From Minutocellus sp. GHC0000111 (taxonomy: Eukaryota), in assembly GCA_977018835.1 (NCBI GenBank), contig OZ361258.1, positions 2,046,001 through 2,110,000 of the forward strand: DNA of 64,000 nucleotides, in the 5' to 3' direction. Position 1 is the stretch's first letter. Every line of letters begins with the position of its first letter. This document shows, in pieces, positions 20,501-31,827 of the stretch. The notes beneath the pieces are model-generated. The model did no database searches, had not been told where the DNA came from, and was given only the letters and a program-made list of their open reading frames with translations. A program made the position numbers and the translations under genes.

Positions 20501-21627
20501 AGCAGATCCCACAGATAATCGTAAAAGCTCACGATGCGATTGGCCAACTGCGTCGGTAGTTGCCGATAGGCCATATACATCTTGATCCGCTCCATCTTTC
20601 GTTGAAAGTTGGTCAAGGCGGCATCCATGTTGGTAACCAGCAGCTGCAGATTGGCAATGGCCAACGTCGTGATGATGACGCCGACGTACATGGAAAGGAT
20701 GCACCATACCGTCTCCGCCGTGGACAGGGGGACGATGTCTCCAAATCCTGTCGTTATCATGGTAATGTAGGCCCAGTACAGAGATTGGATGTAGGCCTCC
20801 CGAGAATCCGCGAGCATCAGCACCGAGCCAGTATCACCACCAGCCTGAGATTCACTACTAGTAGCAGTACTCGCATGTTGGTATATCCCCATCTCCTCCG
20901 GCCACGTGTAGGGATTGCCTTGGATGGCTTGGCTCTTGGCCACCAAGAAGAAGCCACAGCCGCACCAATGGCCCGGCAATGCCATGGCAAAAAAGAGCTT
21001 CCACGCACGATGGGCGCCAATATTCTTGAGGATTCCCGCCTGTCCGAGCAGAGAGGATATGTTGGACAGATGTCTTGGCAGATCAAATAGCATCAAGGTC
21101 CGGTTGAGGAGCAGATAGTTGGTCGGGATGGTGCTTGCAACGCTACTGGTAAATATCAAGGCCACATACTCCAATGGGAATGCTGATAGGAATGCAAACA
21201 GAAACGGAGCCGACATTAGCGGTCGGCATCGATACTGTACTGGGCGTGGACGTCGTCGTGATCCCTTGGATTCCCTGGAGAGGAGGCCATCAGCAGTCAC
21301 GACGGGTACCACTCTAGCCTCGGCACGGGCCGTCCGAAGCACATGCATATCCAGAGCCTTCCAAAGAAGAACTGCCGTGGCCAGTGCATCCAGGATAATG
21401 AAGGCGGCATGGTGAGGACCACAGCGGAAGCAAAAGTCCGGAACAAAGGCCAGGCGGAGAGGTAGGCTGATGGAATAGTAGATTGCACATGCGGCGCCAC
21501 ACAGATTTGAGGCATACTCGAGAACAAGATGGTGCCGGCATAGCCACTGCCGCTGCATGGTTGGCGGGCAGCCAAAGATTCGCCTACCCCAGGCAGGCTC
21601 TACTTCCTCCTCCTTGCCATACTCCAA
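14589..21627 (-). CDS. Four-repeat (6TM + cyclic-nucleotide-binding domain) cation channel, CNGK/tetraKCNG-like architecture, about 2290 aa, intron 19067-19238
   Basis: Splicing G|GTAAGT...CTGCAG|GC joins the two ORFs inside STVGYG-DI. Four pore loops (TTGFGD, STVGYGD, VVVIGD, STVGYGD), each followed by C-linker and CNBD. The start is uncertain because 21627 is TTG preceded by TAG. Confidence 0.88.
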
Positions 21628-22462
21628 CTAACGAACGGTAATGTGCCTTTAGGTAGCGTACTGCATCTTGTGAACCTCCGCTGCTCCCACATGCTTGTGA
21701 TGCATTTTGAAAGAGTGAGTCTTGAATGACCATGGTATGGTACAGTAAGCACCACACACATTCATGATCAGACGGTCATTCTATCTTCATTCACTCACAA
21801 CCTTTGACGACACAAACCTCTCGTCAGCCCTCTGCCGGACTCATCACCACCCCTTGACATATATGCAAAAGATTCGATTCGATCCCATTCGATCGTACCT
21901 TTGTCGATTTATCTATGATGTCAAGAATGATATCCCTTTCAGTCAGTGCAAGTCGACACTTGTTGCCCACGCCCTCGTAATAAGTCGGCGGGGAGCAGCA
22001 GGTTTGCCTTGTTGCTCGCTCGCGTTCGTGGCATATCTTGGAACTTAAAGTTTCAAGGAGGAGCGAATCGAACGGAAGAATGAATCGAACCAATCATCTC
22101 GTCTTCTCCTCGCTCGAGGTGACTGTCATCAATCGCCCCACAGTTCCGTTTGTACCAAAGAATGAACGACGCTGCAGCTGCAATAAAAATATGTATGGTA
22201 GCTGGCTTCTCTACCGGCAGGCACGTCAGCAAAGAATGAGAGGTACTGCAGCAGCAGCAGCGAACCAACGAACCAACGACGGAAGGACGAAGAACTTTGT
22301 AATTTTCGACATTTTATCCCAAATTCTTGGAAAAAATAGAAGAAAACTAACGGTACGTACAAGGCTACGTACCAACTCTAAAATAAAAACGGGCGTCAAC
22401 TCTCGCTCGGAATCAATCTCGGAACCCCAACCCCAACCACCGATCCAAAAGCAACACCAATT

Positions 22463-22948
22463 ATGTCTGACGCAAACTCTTCCCCTGACGCCACCCCTGC
22501 CAACCAGGACGACACTGCTGCCGCCACTGCCGGCGTCGCCGGTGCCGGCGCCGGTGCGCTGCTGGAGATGTCCATGATCGCGTCGAACGCCCTTACCCGC
22601 CGCGAGGTGGAGGATCTCCGTCAGCTCGTCGAGCACACCTCCACCCTGGCCAGTGGTCTCGTCCCATTCCGCACCGAGATGGAGACCGGTATGTCGGCCC
22701 TCCGCGACGAGAAGGCCACCCTGTCCAGCGACCTCATTTCCGTCCGCGCCAAGGTCAGCCGCCTCGAGACGATGCTGGCCGAGTCTCGCAGCCAGAGGGA
22801 GCAGGCCGAGGCTCGCAGCGTGGAGACCGTCGGCCGTCTGGTCGACCTGGTCTCCAACCTTCAGCTCGAGGTCCAGGCCCTCCGTGATGCTGCCGATGCC
22901 GACACCGATGCCGACGCCGATGCCGACGCCGATGCCCATGGGGAGTAA
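22463..22948 (+). CDS. Small coiled-coil protein, paralog A
   Basis: MSDANSSP...METGMSALRDEKATLSSDLISVR...DADADAHGE; heptad-like pattern and strong codon bias. Confidence 0.65.
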   Translation: MSDANSSPDATPANQDDTAAATAGVAGAGAGALLEMSMIASNALTRREVEDLRQLVEHTSTLASGLVPFRTEMETGMSALRDEKATLSSDLISVRAKVSRLETMLAESRSQREQAEARSVETVGRLVDLVSNLQLEVQALRDAADADTDADADADADAHGE

Positions 22949-23429
22949 GGGCGATGGCCCTGGGGTGGATGACGGCATGGAGGAAGAGAGTACGGTATGG
23001 CGTGGATGGGTGGTGAATGTTTGTTTATTTATTGGCGTATTGGCGTTGCATTGGATGCACCGCCGATCGATGATCAGTCGATCGATCAGCCGACCGATGG
23101 GTCTGCCATTACGTTCGAATCTACCGCCTTGGGGACTGCGCTGGACCGAAGTGGACGGTGGGTGGATTACCGGTATTACATGAACAAGAAGATGAAGAAG
23201 AAGAAGATGATGATGATGATGATGACGATTGACAGTCTGTGCCGATGCTGCTGATTCGGGCCTTTTTTACTATTTGTGTTCTCAATCTCAACGCATAGTA
23301 TGGCAGTGCCTTTCCAGCCCGGGAAGTAGATGCTACTACGGGTAGTAGTATCGTGGGGCTTAGACGATCGGCCGATATACGTGGAGGCTGCACAATGAAG
23401 AGCTCGATGATTTTTTGTATTGGTAAGCA

Positions 23430-25023
23430 GTAACATAAACTTCCATTTTAGAATCTACTAGTACGTCAACGTTCGTCGATTTGTCATCTGAGGGGACAAG
23501 ATCAATAGGTTTGAGGCAATTCACCGATAGTTAGTTAATTTTCGTCTTTCTTATTCGTAGTGATGTTCAGTGCCACCCCTGTAACCTCGGAATTGCTCGC
23601 AGTGTCCACATTCCCTACTCGAATGATGACGGGCTCTGAATCCATTCCCCTCGGAGCATCGGCCAGTCTCCAAATCAAATGAGACTTGGCTTCCTCCACT
23701 ACAAGTACCCTACGTAGCTAGCCCTTTCCTCTTTGGAACCACGTTTAAAGTGGAGTCTCGATCGCTTGTGAAGAGATAATCCTCGAGCTATAGCACCAGC
23801 AAGTGCATATATATTGTCGTTCACTACCTGCCAGTAAAACATTGCTTCACATAATTTATTTATGTTATTATCGCTCCAGCGCATCAATTGCTTTGGCATC
23901 GTATTCTTGGCCAGATCGGAGAAGCTCGACCGCCAGATTGACCTTCTTAGACGGTAGCCGAAATATCGATAAAAGCTCGCCATAGATTTTTCCAGACTTG
24001 AACAAAACAAAAGCAGGCACCGCCTCAACGTCCAGATATCAAAAAAGAATTTTGCCTTGTGTACCTGTGGTATCCGCTTCTGCGAATGCTATCTCTTCTT
24101 TGCCGTGATTTCCGTTATCATCACCGGCTTCTCTTGCAATCTTGTCATATTTGGGCTTGCGCGATCGGCAAGTGCGGCACCATAAGGCACTGCAAAAGAC
24201 GACGGCGTGCTTTCGCGGACCGACAATCTGGCGATTGAGACCCTCCACGCCATTGACATCCAGCACATACGGATTGTCGGCGGCTCCACGCGACAGTTGG
24301 CTAGGTGCATTACGACGAAGTGACGGCGTGGATTCCTCATCCCCGCTACCATCCCCTTCTTCCGCCATTGCGTTGGCCTCGTCTTCCGCCAACGACATGG
24401 CATATACCAGACCAAAATCTTCCGTGTCTAGAACCGGCAGTCCGTATCTGGCATTTCCCTCCCTATCGGCATCACGTGGCCATGAGGTGAATTCCCAAAA
24501 GTCCTTCAGACTCCACTCTCGTACAAACACGTCCTTGTTTGCCATCTTTTGATCACGAGGCCGATAGACAACTCCAGCGTCCAGTAATTTCTGTACTGGT
24601 TGTGTCCCAAATCCCTTGTGCGGTACCGAATTGATATTGGCGCTATTTGTACTTCCACCCAAGAGGGAACTCGTTGCAGCGTCCACCACATACTGCTTCG
24701 CCGCATCCCGACCAAACAATATGACCTTGTCTCGGATGATCTGCTGTGACTTGCTTTACGTAGAAACATACCGCTCACAGTTGTGCTGCCGACTGAGCTC
24801 GGTGATGACCGGCGGTGGCTCCTCGGCCAGTGTGTCGACGAGGCAAGGAAAACCGGCAATAGTCGGGAGGGGCGACGGATGGGTGAATCGGCCAGACGCT
24901 GGCATGGGGAAGATCAAATCGATATCTCCGAGTCGGTCCAAGGTCAAGGACCAACCCGTTCTGGAGATACCATGTTTATAACGTCTGCGCAGCGGATGCC
25001 GTCGGCACCACCGTCACCGCCAT
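23430..25023 (-). pseudogene. Disrupted thioredoxin-like domain gene, copy A
   Basis: AVVFCSALWCRTC (CxxC) with YDKIARE...IAFAEAD. In-frame TAA at 24756-24758 and frame breaks near 24040 and 24950. Limits are approximate. Confidence 0.65.
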
Positions 25024-25252
25024 CTTGAAGACAAAAGATGAGCCACGTTGCAATTGCGGGGTTTAGTGCTTCGCAAAAAATATTTTTATCGGTTTTGTCA
25101 AGACATCGTTGCGAGCACATCATGTGCTGGATACGGCCATTGCTTGGCCGGTCCGTTTGCTTGTTCGAGGTGCCACAACCTACCGTCCCACTGACCGATT
25201 GATTTATATTATCTACCTACGTAGTTACCCAATCGCTCGTTGTATTGGCATC

Positions 25253-26395
25253 ATGGGCCGCAAGGAAAAGAAGAAGAGGACTCGTGCCGCCCGCCCGGCA
25301 TCCCAAGCCCAAAACACTTCCGATTCCGCCGGCACCACCACTGCCATCATCCGCTCGCTCAAGGGCATTGTTTCGACAAACAATGACCCATATTCTTGTC
25401 ATGGGTGCAGCAACACTTTTGACCTACGTGACCTCATATGTTGGTCGCAAACGAGTGTCTGCTGTGGCAAGATGTTTTGTTCCACCTGCGCCAAAGCAGG
25501 AAAATGTCCAACCGTCATTGGTGCTGCCTGCTCTTCGTGCGGTGTGACCCTGTCCACCAAACTTCGAGTATCGAAGTCACGTGCCAAGGAGGGCCACCCC
25601 TGGGCCCAGTTTGCACTTGGTGAGCAGCTTCGGCAGGAGTCCCCTGTAGAGGCACGCAAGTTGTACCGCAAGGCGGCCGAGGAGGGGGGACACCCCTTCG
25701 CTTTCACGAAGTTGGCCACGTTCTACCGCCATGGCCAGCGGTTCAATGCAGCAAAGGTAAAGGCACTGCTAGAAGAGGCCACGAAGATTTTGTTGTCTTC
25801 CGATTGCATGTTTGACATTCATCTATCGACCTGCATCGCTGTCATGGCCGAAATCGACAGGAAGCTCGAGGACCGATTGAAGTTTGTGCAGCACGCGCTG
25901 CTGGTCCCCTTGGCCAACCAGGGCTTGTGCGGGGCTCAGTATCAGCTTGCCCTGCTGACCTATTTTTTCAAAGGCGACTTGTCCGTTGCCCTCGAGCTGG
26001 CCCGAAAGGCTGCTGTGCAAGCTGGTGCGCCTCGCTTTTCACCCGGTGACCCAGCTCGCCTTGCGGCAGATTGCTGTGGAGAGTTGGACCGGACCGTGGA
26101 GGGCCTGTTTTGGGCCAAACAGGAAGCCATCACTGATGGGCACCGCAGCAACAAGAAGTGTGTGGAGAGGGCCCATTCCGAGCTTTGCAAAATGAGGAAG
26201 AGCTGCAGCACGTGCGGCGTTGCCCTCAATGCGTCCAACCGCAAGCTCTGTGCGGGATGCAAGATCAGCTGCTACTGCAGCCGCGACTGCCAGAAGATGC
26301 ACTGGAATCGTCCGGACGACGGCCACCGCGACGAGTGCAAGACTGTTGTGAAGATGGCGGATGAAATGGAGAAGAATACCGGTAAGACGGAATAA
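25253..26395 (+). CDS. RING-like, SEL1-like repeat and MYND zinc finger protein, paralog A
   Basis: CHGC...CCGKMFCSTC...[21 protein letters not shown]...[19 protein letters not shown]...HRDEC. Confidence 0.85.
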   Translation: MGRKEKKKRTRAARPASQAQNTSDSAGTTTAIIRSLKGIVSTNNDPYSCHGCSNTFDLRDLICWSQTSVCCGKMFCSTCAKAGKCPTVIGAACSSCGVTLSTKLRVSKSRAKEGHPWAQFALGEQLRQESPVEARKLYRKAAEEGGHPFAFTKLATFYRHGQRFNAAKVKALLEEATKILLSSDCMFDIHLSTCIAVMAEIDRKLEDRLKFVQHALLVPLANQGLCGAQYQLALLTYFFKGDLSVALELARKAAVQAGAPRFSPGDPARLAADCCGELDRTVEGLFWAKQEAITDGHRSNKKCVERAHSELCKMRKSCSTCGVALNASNRKLCAGCKISCYCSRDCQKMHWNRPDDGHRDECKTVVKMADEMEKNTGKTE

Positions 26396-26796
26396 GAAAG
26401 CATGCCGCCCTTTGCTGTGAGATGGATGCCGTGAGTGCGGTGGTGGCGGGGGTGGGTGGGTGTGGGGATTGATTTTTTTGTTGGATGGTGGGTGCAAAGA
26501 GAGAGCTTGGCTGCCGTTGTGCATGCCTACTCTAATAATATCAATAGGAAACTTCCACATACAACGCATACGTATTATACTTTAGTAGATCTACACATGC
26601 AACACGTGCCGACATCTAGATCTATCGCTGTTGGTACCGGTAGATCTAGGTCTACCGGTCGGTGCCTCTCTCCCTCTCTCTCTCCCGCTGGATGGGCATA
26701 AAGTACAAAAACCTGTTTTTGCGTTTTCCCTGAAGGTCATCTCTTCGGCGTCAAGATCTCCGAACCGCCACAACCCACATACCATTGGTACCAACC

Positions 26797-26846
26797 ATGT
26801 CCGACGCAAACTCCCCCCCTGCCGCCGCCCCTGCCAACCAGGACGA

Positions 26847-26887
<41 letters not shown>

Positions 26888-27309
26888 CCGGCGGTTCCGG
26901 CACCCTCGACGGCAACGATCCCCCGCCCCCCCACGAGGGTCTTGCCAACCTTTTCCGCGACTTCGACGAGAAGACCAAGAAGTATGGTGCCGAGGCTGCC
27001 GAAGCTCTTCGCGTCGCCCAGGAATTGGAGGGCGAGAAGGCCGAGTTGGCTGAGGGCAGCCTGTTTGCCTCTCTCAAGTCCGAGATCAAGTCCGAGCTCA
27101 AGTCCGAGCTCAAGGCCAAGATGGAGACCGGTATGTCGGCCCTCCGCAAGGAGCTCAAGGAGGTCCGCGACGAGAAGGCCACCCTGGCCAGCGATCTCAT
27201 TTCCGTCCGTACCAAGGCCGATCGTCTCGAGGCGGAGATCGAGGAGCTCCGCGTCGCCCTCGCCGCTTCCACCACTGCCGACGCCGATGCCGACGCCCAT
27301 GGGGAGTAA
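26797..27309 (+). CDS. Small coiled-coil protein, paralog B
   Basis: MSDANSPP...poly-Ala...LKSEIKSELKSELK...METGMSALR...DADAHGE. Confidence 0.65.
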
Positions 27310-27774
27310 GGGTGATGGCCCTGGGGTGGATGACGGTATGGAGGAAGAGAGTACGGTGTGGTGCGGACGGGTGGTGGGTGGAGAGAACAACAATGGCAGA
27401 ACTGCCGAGTCGAATCGAGATTGGCGTATTGGCGTTGCATTGGATGCACCGCCAACATCAATAATCTTTCCATCGATCGGTGTTCACTAGTACGTTCGAT
27501 CTACCGCCTTGGGGACTGCGCTGGACTGGAGTGGGCGGTGGATGGATTATTACAAGAAGAAGAAGAAGATGATGATAATGATGACAGTCTGTGCCGATGC
27601 TGATGATTCGGGCCTTTTTATGTTCTCAATCTCAACGTATAGTATGGCAGTGCCTTTCCAGTCCGGGACAACGTAGATGCTACTACGGGTAGTAGTATCG
27701 TGGGGCTTAGACGATCGGCCGATATACGTGGAGGCTGCACAATGAAGAGCTCGATGATTTTTTGTATTATTGAT

Positions 27775-29382
27775 TTATAATATATATTGGTAAGCAGTAA
27801 CATAAACTTCCATTTTAGAATCTACAAGTACGTCAACGTTCGTCGATTTGTCATCTGAGGGGATAGCGTCAATAAGTTTGAGGCAACTCACCGATGATTT
27901 ATTTTCGTCTTTCTTATTCGTAGTGATGTTCGGTGCCACTCCAGAAACCTCGGAATTGCTTGTAGTGTCCATGTTCCCTACTCGAATGACGGGCTGAGAA
28001 TCCATTCCGGCCCTCAGTGCATCGGCCAGTCTTCAAATCAAATGAGACTTGGCTTCCTGCTCTAGCTAGGCCCTTTCTCTATTGAAGCACGTAGAAAGTG
28101 GAGTCTCAGTCGCTTGTGAAGAGATAGTCCTCGAGCTACAGCACCGGCCAGTACACATACGTAGTCATTCACTACCCGCCAGTAAAATATTGCTTCATAT
28201 GCAGTCTAGTTAAGTTATCGCTCCAGCGCATCAATTTCTTAGACATCGTATTATTGTCCAAATCGGAGAAGCTCGACCGCCAGATTGAGTTTCTTGGACG
28301 GTAGTCGAGATATCGATAACGGCTCGCCGTAGATGTTTCCAGACTTGAAGAGAACAAATAAATGTAGGGACAGTCTCAACGTCGAGATATCTTGAAAGGA
28401 GCTTGCCTTGAGTAACTGTGGTATCCGCTTCTACAAACGTAATCTCTTCTCTGCCGTCATCTGCGTTTTCATCGTCGGCTTCTCTTGCGATTTTGGTATG
28501 CTTGGGCTTGCGCGATCGGCAAGTGCGACACCACGAGGCACTGCAAAAGACGACAGCGTGTTTTCGTGGACCGACAATCTGTCGATTCAGATATTCAGAT
28601 CCTCTACACCATTGAAATCCGTCACATACGGATTATCAGCGGCATCACGCGACAGTTGGCTAGGTGCGACCCGACGAAGTGTCGGCGCGGATTCCTCATC
28701 TCCACTACCATTCCCTTCTTCGGCCAATGCATTGGACTCGTCTTCCAATGGCGACATGGCATATACCACATCAAAATCCTCCGTGTCCAGAACGGGTAGT
28801 CCGTATCTGGTATTGCCCTCCTCATCGGCATCACGTGGCCATGAGGTGAATTCCCAAAAGTCTTTCATACTCCATTCCCTTAAAAACACGTCCTTGTTTG
28901 TCATCTTTTGATCACGAGGCCGATGGACAACTCCGGCATAAAGTAATTTCTAGACCGTTTGCGTCCCAAATCCCTTGGGCGGCACCAAATTGATATTGGC
29001 GCTATTTGTACTTCTACTCAAGAGGGAATTCGTCGCAGCGTCCACCACATACTACTGCGCCACATCCCGACCAAACAATATGCCCTTGTCACGGATGATC
29101 TGCTATGACTTGCTGTACGTAGAAACATACCGTTCGCAGTTGTGCTGCCGACTGAGCTCCGTGATGACCGACGGTGGCTCCTCGGCCAGTGTATCGACGA
29201 GGCAAGGAAAACCGGCAATAGTCGGGAGGGGCGACGGATGCGCGAATCGGCCAGACGCTGGCATCGGGGAGATCACATCGATATCTCCGAGTTGGTCCAA
29301 GGTCAAGGACCAACCCGTTCTGGAGATACCATGTTTATCCCGTCTACGCAGCGGATGCCGTCGGCACCACCGTCACCGCCAT
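27775..29382 (-). pseudogene. Disrupted thioredoxin-like domain gene, copy B
   Basis: REWSMKDFWEFTSWPRD...RYGLPVLD matches copy A. Stops at 29103-29105 and 28587-28589. Confidence 0.65.
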
Positions 29383-29613
29383 CTTGAAGACAAAAGATGA
29401 GCCACGTTGCAATTGCGGGGTTTAGTGCTTCGCAAAAATATTTTTATCGGTTTTGTCCAGATATCGTTGCGAGCACATCATGTGCTGGATACGGCCATTG
29501 TTGCTTGGCCGGTCCGTTTGCTTGTTCGAGGTGCCACAACCTACCGTCCCACTGACCGATTGATTTATATTATCTACCTACGTAGTTACCCAATCGCTCG
29601 TTGTATTGGCATC

Positions 29614-30759
29614 ATGGGCCGCAAGGAAAAGAAGAAGAGGGCTCGTGCCGCCCGACCGGCATCCCACGCCCAGAACACTTCCGCCGGCACCACCATCATC
29701 CGCTCGCTCAAGGGAGTGCTTTCTACCAACGACGACCCGTTCCATTGCCATGGCTGCAGAGGGCAATTTGACCTCGGCCTCATGATGGGTTCTCGTGGTT
29801 GGTCCCGCACAAGCATCTGCTGTGGCAGGATGTTTTGCTGGGACTGCGCCGAAGCAGGCAAGTGCCCATCCGCCATTGGAGTCGCCTGCTCTTCGTGCGG
29901 GGTGTCCACAACCCGCAAAATATCCAAGTCACGGGCCAAGGAGGGCCACCCCTGGGCGCAGTTTGCTCTTGCTTGGCAGCTTCAGCAGGAGTCCCCTGTA
30001 GAGGCACGCAAGTGGTACCGCAAGGCGGCCGAGGAGGGGGGACACCCCTTTGCTTTCGTGAGGTTGGCCGAACTCCACCGCTTCGGCCAGCACTTCAATC
30101 CGGCAAAGGTAAAGGAACTGCTAGAGGAGGCCATGGAGATTTTGTTGTCTTCGGACTACATGTTTGACATTGATGTCCCAGGTTGCATCGCTGCCGTGGC
30201 TGGCATTGACTTTAACCTCAAGGGGGACGGAATGAAGTTTATGCAGGACGCGCTGCTGGTCCCCTTGGCCAACAAGGGACTGCGCGGGGCCCATTATCAG
30301 CTTTCGATGCTGACATATTTTTCCAAGGGCGATCTTTCCTTTGCCCTCGAGCTGGCCCGAAAGGCTGCTGTGCAAGCTGGTGCGCCTCGCTTTTCACCCG
30401 GTGCCCCAGCTCGCCTTGCGGCAGTTTGTTGTCAGAAGTTGGGTCGGACCGTGGAGGGCTTGTTTTGGGCCAAGCAGGCCGCCCTTGCCGATGGGACCGA
30501 TGGGCACCGCAGCAACAAGGAGCGTGCGGAGAGGGCCCATTCCGAGCTTTGCGAAATGAGGAAGAGCTGCAGCACTTGTGGCATCTCCCTCAACTCGTCC
30601 AACCGCAAGCTCTGCAAGGGGTGCAAGACCTGCTGCTACTGCAGCCGCGACTGCCAGAAGATGCACTGGAATCGGCCGGACGATGGCCACCGCGATCAGT
30701 GCAAGACCATCATGAAGATGGCGGAGGAAATGGAGAAGAACACCGGTAAGACGGAATAA
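29614..30759 (+). CDS. RING-like, SEL1-like repeat and MYND zinc finger protein, paralog B
   Basis: Same architecture as 25253-26395; [19 protein letters not shown]...HRDQC. Confidence 0.85.
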   Translation: MGRKEKKKRARAARPASHAQNTSAGTTIIRSLKGVLSTNDDPFHCHGCRGQFDLGLMMGSRGWSRTSICCGRMFCWDCAEAGKCPSAIGVACSSCGVSTTRKISKSRAKEGHPWAQFALAWQLQQESPVEARKWYRKAAEEGGHPFAFVRLAELHRFGQHFNPAKVKELLEEAMEILLSSDYMFDIDVPGCIAAVAGIDFNLKGDGMKFMQDALLVPLANKGLRGAHYQLSMLTYFSKGDLSFALELARKAAVQAGAPRFSPGAPARLAAVCCQKLGRTVEGLFWAKQAALADGTDGHRSNKERAERAHSELCEMRKSCSTCGISLNSSNRKLCKGCKTCCYCSRDCQKMHWNRPDDGHRDQCKTIMKMAEEMEKNTGKTE

Positions 30760-31827
30760 GAAAGTATGCCGCCCTTGGCTGTGAGGTGGATGGGCTGGCT
30801 TGGGTGGATTGCCGTGAGTGCGGTGTGGGGATGGATTGATTTTTTTGCGTGGGATGGTCCAAAGAGAGAGATTGACTGCCGTTGTGCATGCCTACTCTAG
30901 ATCTACTAACATCAATAGAAACCTCCATACTATACAACGCATACGTATTATACTTTAGTAGATCTACATGCAACATGTGTCGACATCTAGATCTGTCGCT
31001 ACCGGCACCGGTAGATCTACATGCACCAGTGCCTCTCTCTCCCGGATGGGCATAAAGTACAAAAAATCTGTTTCTGCGTTTCGTGAAGCCGAAGGCCAAC
31101 GACACAATTTTCGGCGGAGGGGCCGAACTGACAGTTCCAGTTGGGCGTATCGTCCCATATTTCCAGCCGAGCGTGGGGCACAACTGCTTTTCGCACGGCC
31201 ACCTCTGGATTTAGCGAGGTTTCCTCCTCGTATCGGCCGTTTGGTCAGTTGCCTGTTTGTCGCACCGTCGGTCACAGCGGCAGGCAGATCGGCACATTGG
31301 GCAGACCCGGCAAGAATCAAATCGCATTTTGGTCGTTGCAACTTGCTTGTGACTAACTGACATTGCCTTGGGGATATCATCGTCGGCGCCTGTTCACATC
31401 GTTGATACTGTGCAACGGCCGCTGATCAGCACCGTCACCTGCGTCATCGTCGGTATCACCGTCGTCGTCTCGGCGTGCCGGTATCTTGCCATCCCTCCCT
31501 CTCGCTGCCTGCCTGCCTGCCTGTGCGATAAAAAAATTGTCGAGCGGCGTGTTGTTTTGGTGTTGTTGGAATTGACCAGCCAGTCGTTGGCTCCACCCTT
31601 GGCTCGGCATACTGAACGGCTCTGTCCTGCTGCCACGTGCCTCGCCTGATTGCTCGAGTTGGACCTCTTTGCTCGTTGTTGGGCGGTGCGGTATCTTTTT
31701 GCGACCCGGCAGCGCAGCACATACAATACGTGCCAATTGAATTGAATTGAATTGAATTGCATTGCATTGTAGCCCACCGGCAGTTGGGCGCAGAGATTGA
31801 CTCAGCTGGGTCGGTCGGTCGTCGTCA

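Larger units (their letters stand above)
22400..31088. repeat. Older diverged tandem cassette, unit A ~22400-26735 and unit B ~26740-31088 (repeated at ~39474-48156)
   Basis: Same order of coiled-coil gene, shared 3' region, thioredoxin-like pseudogene, MYND gene and TAGATCTA-rich spacer, with many substitutions and indels. Boundaries are approximate. Confidence 0.9.

Noticed and set aside
21628..21661. GT...TAG segment as an intron supplying the channel start codon
   Set aside because: About 34 bp, much shorter than the 111-172 bp introns seen here; the start is left unresolved.
23330..23365. Hairpin CTACTAC-GG-GTAGTAG as a Helitron 3' end
   Set aside because: Not followed by a CTRR terminus at the expected distance, and cassette homology continues on both sides.
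31735..31768. (AATTG)n run upstream of anoctamin as a heat shock element
   Set aside because: GAA units are in direct orientation, not alternating nGAAn/nTTCn; a simple microsatellite explains it.
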